DNA of 63,650 bases, the filler included, from Octopus bimaculoides (lineage: Eukaryota): assembly GCF_001194135.2 (NCBI RefSeq). It is 4 parts of 3 records of this genome, joined end to end, with 100 filler letters (N's around TTAATTAATTAA, not from the genome) between each part and the next. Parts side by side here need not be neighbours in the genome. Positions count along the whole stretch, not along the records: positions 31,117 to 48,143 come from NC_068983.1; 3 more parts are not named here. One strand, 5' to 3'. Shown piece by piece: positions 35,846 through 46,664 of this stretch. The notes under the pieces are model-generated. The model did no database searches and was not told the DNA's origin. It saw nothing but the letters and a program-made list of their open reading frames with translations. How positions within the stretch are numbered: position 1 is the first letter of the stretch; each line of letters opens with the position of its first letter. Both the position numbers and the translations under genes were made by a program.

Positions 35846-37514
35846 AGTAGTATTTGATTAGTGTAGGTCTGTCTTGAATTAGTAATGTAGTGGATAAAAT
35901 GCCTTGCAGTATTTAGTTACATTCCTTTATGGCCCAAATTGAAATATTACCAAAATCTGTTACATTTTTCATCCCATTGCGCTTAATGAAATAAATATCA
36001 GTTAAGTACTGGGAGTCATTGTAATTGAGGGACCCTTCTTCCTCCCCAAATCACGTGTATTTGTACTTAAATTAGAAACTATTAAGATATTTCTGTGTGT
36101 GTAAGATAGATGAATACAGTACATAATGGATGAACTAGGTGTAAAGTTGTACAACTATTTTAACAATACCTTTGATCACAGTGATTGTAGTGCTGACGGT
36201 GTTGTTGTTTAGCCCTAGGTCAACCGTGATCAAGCAGGAGCATCTCATTTTTTTTACGGATATGGTGCATTTACGATCACATTATCCAATGTGGCTTTCT
36301 TTTTCAAAGATATTTGAATAGGAAATTGATTGCTATTTCTAGCCAAATTACCATCCATGTAGTGAAGCATCCTCAATAGCAATAGAATAGTGTTGCTATT
36401 GTTGCTATTTAGCCTCAGGTCAACTCTCATTGAGCAGACTTGTGATCAGAGATAACCTAGTGTCGAGCATCCTATTTTATCAGTGTATTGTACTTAATTT
36501 GTCCTCTTTTTATTTTAGAGAATAGACTGTAATTTGAGAGATTTGACTGCCATTTCTTGTAGGACGAATGGCTACGTAGAGGCTCCCTTACTAGCTGTAG
36601 TGTTATTGTTGTCGCTACTACCGATTGTGGTGGTAGGGATTGTGATGTTGATGGTAATAGTGGTAGCCATGGTCAATGTTGTTGATAATGACAAAAGTGA
36701 TGGCGACAATGGTGAAGGTAAAGAATGCGTACACCTAGTGGTTAGCGTTACGCCGAAAACAGGTGGTGTGCGTATTCTTTACCTCTGCCGCGACAATAGT
36801 ACAGATGTTTGTAAAAATGTCGAATGTCCTTCCTTGCCAACATTGTGGACTTGTGCCTGTGTTAGAAATCTTTAAGAAATATTTAATTTTCATTGCTGAC
36901 AATGCCAAGGAGATAACGTTTGGTAAGGGAGACTACTCTTTATTCGCACTAATAGTTAGATTCATTATATTTGATGTCGTAATGGGGAAAAAAAAGAAAG
37001 AAAGAAAAAGTAATTGATGCTAACGTGGCGAAGAGAAGAAAGCACCAGCTTACTTACTAATATAATTTCTTGTGATCTTGGCAAATATAGGCTATAATTC
37101 CGGACATGTTTTCAACTTATTAGCACCCACTCAGTCAATCAATGTCGTCGGGCAACTTACCCGGACCAGTGCAACTTTTCCAAGCCAGACGTACTGATGA
37201 GCGATGAAGCATGATTGTCTGTCTGATCTACAAACGACTACAAATGATAACAGTTCGTTAACTGAACTGATTGACCCCAATCAATAACAGTTTGTTGTCT
37301 GTTCATCCGCCTAGTATCTAGTGACATTCTTCATTTTTGCCTGATTGATGATAAGAGAGTAAAATAAAGTAAATCGATCTCTGCTGATGAGAATTCAGTT
37401 GTTCGATCAACTGAATTCTTTTTTTTAAAAATTAGGTTGAATATTCCACAAACACGACTATTAATTTAATCAACTTTCCAACACAGCAATAAAACACAAA
37501 AACAAACAAAAAAC

Positions 37515-37885
37515 GGCACTTTTTGGTTATCTCACCCCCATTAAAAAATTGCCATTAAAAAACTAGGTTATCTCCCCACTAAAAATGTAGTGACAAAAGA
37601 CTGGATTAAAAGAGTTAGATCCTTTTGATTCAATACTTCAACACATTGGTGACGTTTGGCCTCCTCAATAGGCACGATATGATTTGTTATAAAAATGTTA
37701 TCAGATTCAATAAGATGATCAGATTCAATAAGATGTTTCATCGTTTTACTTTTGTTTTTTCGTTTTATTGAGTGTTAAACATTGTTTTTAAGATGAGGGA
37801 AATAACCAAAAGTACCGATACTTCTCATAAAACTTGGGGAGATAACTCAGTTTTTTTAATGGGGGTGAGATAACAAAAAAGTACC
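37515..37885. mobile_element. MITE with TIRs of about 50 bp in the ITPK1 intron
   Basis: Left arm ggcactttttggttatctcacccccattaaaaaa..ctaggttatctcccca (37515-37578). Right arm tggggagataactcagtttttttaatgggggtgagataacaaaaaagtacc (37835-37885). Confidence 0.8.
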
Positions 37886-38463
37886 CCAATAACAAAACAA
37901 AACTGGTCAGCATTAGCTAATTTTTATGCTACAGTCTGTATAGTATAGTTTCTGTCTGGGGGCTGTTTTTAACAACTGCTTTACAAGAGAGTCCTGTGTC
38001 GCGCTGATGTCAGAGAGCATGTCTGCTGCAGGACACACACACACACACTATAATCTATGTCCACTTTCCAAGTTGGATTTCAGAGAGCCATTTGAAGGTA
38101 TTGTTTAGGCTTTTATTGATTGAAAATTATTTTATAAAAATAAACACACTGCTAACGGTGTGCCTTTAAACAAAATTATTCAAAGAGTTGTCTCCCCTGC
38201 ATTGCTAAACCACCGTGTATACTTTTGAAAGCTCTACTTCCAATTAAACTCACATACAACCTCGCGCTCGCGCACACACACATATCGAACAATATTTTCA
38301 AAAATTTTGTTCAAATTCTATTGACTGAATGTCTCATTGGATTTAACAAAGGAAGCTATTTTCCTTGTAAACAGACGAAAACATATTTAACTGATGAACA
38401 CACACATGATTATTATTAGGCCTATAACTCATTAATTTGTTGGGATATCATCAAAAGCTTTTA

Positions 38464-38830
38464 CATGGCTGTGTGGTAAGAAGTTTGGTTCCCAACCAAA
38501 CGGTTCTGTGTTCAGTCATACTGTGTGGCACATTGTGCAAGTGTCTTCTACTATCGCCATGGGCTGACCAAAGCCTTGTGAGGGCATCTGTTAGATGGAA
38601 ACTAAAAGAAGCCCATCATATATCTGTCTGTGTTTGTACCTCTCACATTGCTTGATAACCGGTGTTGGTTTGTTTACTTCGTGGTTTGGTAAAAAAGACC
38701 GATAGAATAAGTACCAAGCTTAAAAGTTAAGTAGTGAGATTGATTCATTCAACTAAAAACCCTTCAGGGCAGTGCCCCAGCTTGGCCACTGTCCAATGTC
38801 TAAAACAAGTAACAAGTAAAAGATAGAAAG
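38464..38830 (+). mobile_element. SINE family B, near full length, CpG-depleted
   Basis: tggctgtgtggtaag..gcaagtgtcttctactat..gaccgatagaataagtacc..acaagtaaaaga. Confidence 0.85.
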
Positions 38831-39349
38831 ATCAATTTCTCTCCAAGCTATTTAGTTACAGAAAGTGTTGGCTTCTTCACTGCAATTTAATGAAATATTT
38901 TAATAATGCTGCCACTGCATGCAGTTGTATGTCGTACCTACTATTTGGTACCTGCTTCCAAGTAGGCGAACTGGACCATTTGAGAGTTTAGGGTTTTGCT
39001 CTGAGATAGACACAACATATTACTTGTGACAGGACATGAACTTCCCACCTTTCAGTCCATTGCTCAGTGCTATTGACAAGGTCACTTTTTCTTTTCTGGG
39101 AATATGTCCTTATTGCATAATGTCATAGATACTTATTACTCCTACCCTCTACTTTTGCATTTTATTTTCTATATTAAAATTAACGTTCACAACAGGCAAA
39201 AAGACATATCAGAATCACCATATCTTATCTTGAGGCAGATTTACCATACTCTAATGCCAACCACTCTACAGTGTGTACTAAGTGCTTTTCTGTGGTGACT
39301 TCACTAGTGTTGGTATCATGAAATATGTGTTTAGTACACTTTGTAAAGT

Positions 39350-39490
39350 AGCTGACATTAAGAAGAGCATCCAGCAGTAGAAAATCCTGCTAAAGCAGGT
39401 AATGGAGCTTGATGCAGTCTATGGACTAGGTGGATCCTGTCTAACTATCCTGCCCATGCCAGTTGGACATTAAATGGTGATCATGATGCC
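39350..39490 (+). mobile_element. RTE-tailed element 3' part, decayed
   Basis: aagaagagcatccagcagtagaaa...cccatgccag..ggacattaaatggtgatcatgatg. Confidence 0.6.
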
Positions 39491-39751
39491 CTGGTCCATC
39501 CATACTGTTTGTCTTCATTACCTAGACCATAGGTTTTAATCATACATAAACAAACTAACTCAGACAACAGAGGCAACAGGCCTTGAATTTTATGCTGCAT
39601 CCCCACACAGTCAACTCTCTGCTCACCATTAGTCCTTACTAATGAATTCTGTTGAATATACATTGTTTCTTACAATTTTGTGTCCTTGTAGCTATGTTTG
39701 TGGCAATTGATTATTTATAATCTTTAATTTTTTTTTTCTTTTGCTTCACAG

Positions 39752-40320
39752 GTTATAAGGGTATTGATAGTTTTTATGATTCTTTTGAGCGGTATATAAT
39801 TCAGTTACTGAAAGAGAAGGAAACAGATCAGAATATGGAGAGGAAGCGTTGCCAAACTGTTGCAGAAGGTTGCGCTTTATCCAATGTCTGCAAGAAGCAA
39901 AAAATACAGGAAGTGGCTGAAGAAGAATTTGATTCCATACTGTGTACCAGTGAAAGTGACAAGGTCACGGAGAAGAACCAGACAAAAGCAACAGCAGAAA
40001 ATGGTAGCAATGTGGATATGTATCGTGAAACCAAAGGCTTGTCTTATTTGTCAGGCACAAATGGCAGTCTTTGCGAGCAGAATGGACACTGCATTGAGAA
40101 TGGCAACAACAACAATAACAATAACAAAGCCATTTTCATCAATAGCAACAACCTCAACAGCCTGAATAGTCCACTTGTAAGTCTTAATGATGACAACAAC
40201 AATATCAACAGCAGTAGTAGCAATAGCAGTAACAATAACATTTTATGCAATACAATCAGTGGTGAAGGCCTCAACAACCTCAAAGGAGGAAACATTCCAA
40301 CTGTAAATGGTCTAACATGA
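39752..40320 (+). CDS. ITPK1: ITPK1 terminal coding exon
   Basis: Acceptor tttttttttcttttgcttcacag|GT. Phase 1 completes Gly and continues (G)YKGIDSFYDSFERYIIQLLKEKETDQN (cf. ITPK1 FPGYEGV..F), in frame with the listed ORF 39835-40320. Stop TGA at 40318-40320. Confidence 0.9.
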
Positions 40321-40387
40321 TCATGATGTCATTTAATATTTTTTATTATTTGTAATTATTATTATTATTAAATTTTATTATTATTAC

Positions 40388-41510
40388 TGAAGGTGGTGGA
40401 TGGCAGAAGTAGTAGAGCTCATACTTAATGCCTTGAAGCATTTTATGTCCCTTTACATTCTGGAGTTCAAATCTCACCATGTCAACTTCAACTTTCATCC
40501 TTGTGGGGGTTGGGTGGGAGGTTCGATAAAATAAAGTACCAGTGAATTACTGGAGTCGACTTAATCGACTGTATCATTCCTCAAATTTTTGGTCTTTAGA
40601 ATATATTAGAAAACATTATCAAAATAATAATTATTATTACTGGTTGAACAGAAAATTGATTGACGCAGTCAAGTACTGAGCTGAAATACCTTGCAGTCTT
40701 TCGATCTTGTCTTCAAATTTTACTGAGGTCGACTTTGCCTTCCATCCTCCAGAAGTTAATAAAATAAGTACTGGTAATTGTACTGTAAAATCAAGTCAGT
40801 GAAATGTATCCTTTCTCCAGCTTATTTTAAATAAGAAGCTAAGATTATTATTATTATTATTATTCATATTGGCAGAATGGTTAGAGTGTCAGGCAAAATG
40901 CCTTGTGGTATTTGTTTTGGCGCTTTGCATTTTGAGTTCAAATCATACTCAGGTCAACTTTGCCTTTTATCCTTCTGGGATTGATAAAATAAAGTACCAG
41001 TGAAGTACTGGTGGGTTGATATAATTGACTCATCCCCCTCCTTTCTAAATTACTGGCATTGTGCCTAAGTTATTATTATAATTATTCAGGGTGTTGGATG
41101 GCAGAACCAGTTGAGCTCATACTTAATGCCTTGTGGTATTTATGTCCCTTTATGTTTAGAGTTCAAATCTTGTTGAGATCAACTTTGCCCTTTCATCCTT
41201 CTGGCATTGATGAAATAAAGTACCAGACAAGTACTGGGGTTGATTTATTATACTATACTATTTCTCACTAAAATTTGTGGCTTTGTGCCCATGTTAAAAG
41301 TTACTATTTATATTCAGTATGGCATCAACAGTGTTGGATTAATGCCTTGCTGTATTTACTGAAGACCCTTTACATTCTGAGTTCAAATCCCATCTGGGTC
41401 AGCTTTGCCTTTCATCCTTCTAGGGCTGAAAAATACCAGTCTAGAACTGGGAGTCAATTTAATCGACTAAATCGCTTCCCCAAAGTTTGTGGCTTTGTTA
41501 GGAATATTTT
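40388..41510 (+). mobile_element. Head-to-tail array of five SINE family A copies just downstream of the ITPK1 stop
   Basis: Units start near 40388, 40640, 40868, 41088 and 41315. Each has gagttcaaat or ttcaaat, then actttgcc.ttcatcc, then aaataaagtacc-like motifs, separated by (tta)n runs. Confidence 0.8.
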
Positions 41511-41727
41511 TCTTATTATTCTTATTCCTATTATTAATATCATCTTCAAAATCATCACCATCATCATCATTGTTTAATCTTTGTTTCTTATTGAAATATA
41601 TTTTATTTTAAATCTGTAAGGAAAAAAGGGGAAAACAAAGTAATAAGATGTAAAAGAAAATGAAAAAAAAAATGTATATGTATGTAATGTATGTATATAT
41701 TTGTATGTGTATATGCACATGTGTACA

Positions 41728-41768
<41 letters not shown>

Positions 41769-41960
41769 GCAAACATACACATGTATGCATGTTTATGTAT
41801 ATAAGTGTATATGTAGATATATTTGTGTGTATATAAATATATGTGCATATACACACACACACACACACACACACTTGTCTATATAGTATGTATATATGTA
41901 TGTATGGAGGGGTGCAGATATAGGTGTGTGTATTTATATGACTATGTTTTTGCATGTATC

Positions 41961-41992
<32 letters not shown>

Positions 41993-42635
41993 GCCATATT
42001 TACTCAATGTATAATGCAAGAAATTTGATATAAAAAGCAAGTGAGGAAATTGGTGTGTAGTATTAAACTTGCTAGAATGTTCCAAACAAGTGTAAAAACC
42101 CCATAACATATAAAAACACATCAAAGCAGAGGCCTTGATATATTCAATTACTAATGTATATACTTTATTGTCTTCAGTTATGAAACACTGTATGTATAGT
42201 GAATTGAATGACAATTGTAAATTCTAGCATGCTGGTGGTATGTCGTATTATGCAAAAGTAATTATCTAATTGGTTCTTAACTGTTTGTAGCTCAGTGTTT
42301 GCTTTCACTGAAAGGTGTTTCGTATAAGCTCCCCTAACCAAATTTGTCAAGAAAAAAAAAAAATAAAAGCTTCAAATTATTTTAATCAAAGAAACGCAAT
42401 AGTTTATTAAGCCAAATTTCTTATGCTATCCCATTCGGTATTTGCCTCCTTTTAGATATCTATGTGGATTAGTGCATGCAATGTTAAATTTTTATGGAAA
42501 ATCATTGAAGAAGGCAATGACTTAAATAATGAAATTATATTGGACCTTGGTATATAATCACACTTCTTCTCACTAATAAAACAATCTACTTATTTTCTAA
42601 TCTCAACAATGATGTTTTTTTTTTGAAAAACATGT

Positions 42636-42863
42636 TTAGCCCTTTAGCATTCAATCAAGCTATATCTGGTCCAAATATTCAACCTGTCTTATGTTCAAAC
42701 TGGCTAGATCTGGCATGTCACACATACCCTTACATGGCATTCTAAGAATAAACAATCACATTGTCAAAATCTCAAAGATACTAAATAATGCATGATTGAT
42801 TCAAAATAATGTGAATTAATAAGTATTACATTTGACTGAGTAATATGAACACTAAAGGGTTAA
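42636..42863. mobile_element. piggyBac-like MITE
   Basis: ttag-ccctttag ... ctaaaggg-ttaa: 8-bp perfect TIR, with TTAA on the right and TTAG on the left. Confidence 0.65.
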
Positions 42864-43219
42864 AATGTGCGTATTGGACCTGGTTTAAATATTTTATTCC
42901 AAAGAAAGATCACGACCTGTTAAAACATTCTGCACCACTCCATAATGCCAATTAATATTTGCCGCTCTGTATGAGCTCACAAGGTCCCGTTGGGTTGCAA
43001 CAGCCCACGTTAATAATCACTGGATTAGAGCACATCAGTTACATTAGTGATATGTGCTTATAGTGAAAAAAGTCTTCAGTGTTGACTCATATATTAAAAT
43101 GCATATAAAAACTCTTCCTAAGACTGCAAATGTTGAAATTTAAGTTAAAAGAATTTAGTCAAAACAAAAACTTAGTTACAGAGTGGGAGCACTAAGTAAT
43201 GATGTGTGTAAATGGAATG

Positions 43220-43442
43220 TTATTACCAGTTCAAATATGTTTGAACTAGTAAACAAGCCATTCACTGTGTTTTGTCATGGAGAAAATTTCTTGCTGTAGA
43301 CAAGTGGTGTATTGATTAGGTGTACTGATTTGGGTGTAATTACACCATTTGTCTACAGTGAGAAATTTTCTGCATGACAAAACAGTGAATGGCCTGCTTA
43401 TGGGTTCGAACATGCTACAAGCATATTTGAATTGGGTAATAA
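43220..43442. repeat. Foldback (inverted repeat, arms of about 90-100 bp)
   Basis: ttattaccagttcaaatatg..gccattcactgt..tttgtcatg.agaaaatttct..ctgtagacaa.tggtgta pairs with tacaccatttgtctacagtgagaaattttctgcatgacaaaacagtgaatggc..catatttgaattgggtaataa. Confidence 0.85.
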
Positions 43443-43670
43443 TATTGCATTGAGAAACTTAAAAATACATAACAGGGAAAAATTATGTAACTGATTTTGT
43501 AGCCAGAAAAAGCACCAGTGGCATCATATTCAAGATTGCATTGTACTTGAGTAAAAAGTGTATATTTGTATGTGTATAGATGTGTCTCTGTGTGTGAATG
43601 TAAATATGTATATGCATATACATGTATATGCATGTGTTAATGTCTATATAAGTATATGCATATGGATACA

Positions 43671-43671
<1 letters not shown>

Positions 43672-43746
<75 letters not shown>
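43672..43746. repeat. (TA)n microsatellite
   Basis: Directly visible. Confidence 0.95.
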
Positions 43747-43748
<2 letters not shown>

Positions 43749-44334
43749 TAGATGCATTTATTTGTGTTTATATATATGTGTATATATGTATGTATACATG
43801 TAATATATAATGCATGCATAATTATGTATATATGCATGTGTATGTAACTGTATGTGTGAATATATATATATAAATATACATAAGTGTATATACATATGTA
43901 TGTTAATAAATGTGTGTGCATATATATATATATATGTAAATATGTATATATGTGTGTGTATAAAAGATAGTATTCAAAAGGCCTTTTAGCATTGAATTTT
44001 ACACATCTTTAAATTCAAAAGGGACTTCTGATTCACTCTGTCTGTCTGCATGAATCTTATGTATGTACCAATCTATAATGTGTGTGTGTGTGTGTGTGAA
44101 TTCACATCTCTATGTATGCATCTATATACAGTGGAAGTTGCTTATTGTGATTACTTTTGGGACAGAGTATGCGGCATAACAATAACTGGCTGATAACTTT
44201 AAGCAAATATAGCTATATTCCGAGATTGTTTGGGACCCATTAAATTTTTTTAACAATACTGGTTTGATAACATTGCCTACGATTATTATAAGCAGCTTCC
44301 AGTGTGTGTATGTCTATATCTGTTTATAACGTGT

Positions 44335-44365
<31 letters not shown>

Positions 44366-44516
44366 CATATAAACCCATGTTCATGAAAATATATGCATAT
44401 TTACATACATGTATATAGGCATATGTATGAATATATATATATATATAAAGAAAAGCATATTTGTGTGTGTGTGCGTGCGTCTATATGTATATATGCCTGT
44501 TGTATATGTATGTATA

Positions 44517-44577
<61 letters not shown>

Positions 44578-45117
44578 CATACATACATTATATATATATT
44601 ATATATAAATATACATACACACACGTGTGGGTGTATAGTCACATAAATGAATGCATGCACATGTGTAAATGTATATATATATATGTTATATATACATGCT
44701 CAGTCATATGTTTTATATATATATATACTTGCTCACTTGTGTGTGTATATATATATATATAGATATACACACACGCACACATATAAACACCCACATATGC
44801 ACACACGACTTTTAAAGTTTTTATTTTCTACAAACTGCTCTACTATAAATCATGGAACAGAAATTATTAAAGGAGGAAAAAAAAAAATTTACAAATTAAA
44901 AATAAAAAAAGTGAAGGAGACATCCCAAAAATATCTAAAAATACAATATTCTGTAAAAGAACAAAAGAATTACAAACCATTTTAGCTGTCATTTTGAATT
45001 TTGAAAAACAAACTAAGAACAAACTATTTTTTGCCTTGCTATCATATATCTTTTAGTTTTTTATTTCTTTCCCTTTTTTCCTTTGCCATTTTATAAATAT
45101 ATATTTTTATTTAAAGG

Positions 45118-45260
45118 AATAAAACAATATAAAAAAATATAACCAAGCGAAATAAAAGATATTAAAAGCAAAACGTCTTGTATTTTATGTAGTTTTTATT
45201 CTTTGTGAAACAAAAATGTCGTTTTTTGCTGAAGTTTTGTTGTGTTGTTGTTGCTTTTCA
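45118..45260 (+). terminator. Candidate ITPK1 polyadenylation region
   Basis: AATAAA at 45118 and 45152, followed by U/GU-rich tracts. This is inference; no transcript data. Confidence 0.3.
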
Positions 45261-45432
45261 TGTTTTAAAGCGATGAGTTGTACCTATTCGCAGCATAGTG
45301 TAATTAGTCATCTAAAATATACAGAACCTTTGATTTTGCAACCCGCTCTCAGTGACTTTATATCACTAATTCAACTCACTCAGCTACTTGTCTCTACTCT
45401 ATCTACTCACTCACTCACCTATGCTTTCATTC

Positions 45433-45590
45433 AATGTAAGCATCGAATATGATGCACTGGTGCTTTTTCTGGCTACAAAATCAGTCACATTTTTTTCTTG
45501 TTATGTATTTTATGATTAAGTTTCTCAATCCAATATTATTACCAGTTCAAATATGCTTGTGGCATGTTCGAATCCATAAACAAGCCATCT
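45433..45590. repeat. Inverted copy of 43385-43545
   Basis: gaatatgatgc.actggtgctttttctggctacaaaatcagt.acat..gttatgtattt..aagtttctcaat.caatattattacc..ttcaaatatgcttgt.gcatgttcgaa.ccataa is the reverse complement of that segment. Confidence 0.85.
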
Positions 45591-45614
45591 AATGTAAGCA
45601 ATGTAATTGTTATT

Positions 45615-45918
45615 GTTGTTTGTTCCTTCTCGAACCATGCCTGGCTCATAAGGGCTAGTTTTCTGGTTTCATTGGTATTTAGGTTCCTGACCTGGATGGG
45701 ATGTCAGTCCATCACAGGGGATCTGCTAGATGCAGGAGGAAAGAGTGAGAGAGAAAGTTGTAGTAAAAGAGTCAGAAGTTTGCCATTACCTTCTGCCGGA
45801 GCTGCTGGGAGCTTAGGTGTTTCGCTCATAAACACACACGTCACCAGGTCTGAAATTTGAACCTGCGATCCCTCGACCGCGAGTCCACTGCTCTAACCAC
45901 TAGGCCATGTGCTTCCAC
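45615..45918 (-). mobile_element. tRNA-headed SINE family D
   Basis: Head on minus: gtggaagcacatggcctagtggttagagcagtggactcgcggtcgagggatcgcaggttcaaat. The 3' part is homologous to 53285-53352. Confidence 0.7.
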
Positions 45919-45999
45919 AAGCTATTAATTACATAACAAAATTCTGTTTGTATTGCTTTTGTTATTGGTAATGCTGTGGTTGTTGTTTAGGTCCATACC

Positions 46000-46416
46000 C
46001 TCTTTTACTCTTTTACTTGTTTCAGTCATTTGACTGTGGCCATGCTGGAGCACCACCTTTAGTCGTGCAGATTGACCCTCGGACTTATTCTTTGGAAGCC
46101 TAGTACTTATTCTATCGGTCTCTTTTTGCCGAACTGCTAAGTTACGGGGACCTAAACACACCAGCATCGGTTGTCAAGCGATGTTGGGGGAGGACAAACA
46201 CAGACACACAAACATATACACGCACATACATATATATATATACATATATACGACAGTCTTCTTTCAGTTTCCGTCTACCAAATCAACTCACAAGGCTTTG
46301 GTCGGCCCGAGGCTATAGTAGAAGACACTTGCCCAAGGTGCCATGCGGTGGGAATGAACATCTGGAACCATGTGATTGGTAAGCAAGCTACTTACCACAC
46401 AGCCACTACTGCGCCA
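46000..46416 (-). mobile_element. SINE family B, full length
   Basis: Colinear with 57674-58082. Confidence 0.9.
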
Positions 46417-46474
46417 TATTAAATTTTCTCAAACTTTTCATAAAAAGTGCTTCAGCCACAGCTGTTCCATCTTC

Positions 46475-46664
46475 TCAGTGTAAGACAATAGTGTGTCCTT
46501 TGCTGCTTATCTTGTATGTTGAGTAACCATGTAGCCGTTGCTTAGTTGTTACTGTTGATGGTGCTGTAGTTATTACTGTTGTTGTTGTTGCTGTTGTTTC
46601 CAGCACTTTCTCATTAGTTAGGAGAGCTTTAGATGGCCATGTCGTAGTGGGGCAAGAAGTTGAA
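46475..46664 (-). CDS. Candidate terminal exon of a convergent, unidentified gene (frame uncertain)
   Basis: Strong minus-strand acceptor (tttctctaaactttcatcatcatttttctactcttccag|TTC). The longest frame is STSCPTTTWPSKALL...GHTIVLH*; the other two frames stop at 46629 and 46618. No homolog recognised. Confidence 0.3.

Noticed and set aside
37190-37272. C/D-box snoRNA-like layout (CTGATGA, CTGA, TGATAA, CTGA)
   Set aside because: Box C lacks the 5' purine, there is no terminal stem, and the guide gttcgttaa gives only a short, imperfect match to 18S rRNA as I recall it. A snoscan run would settle it.
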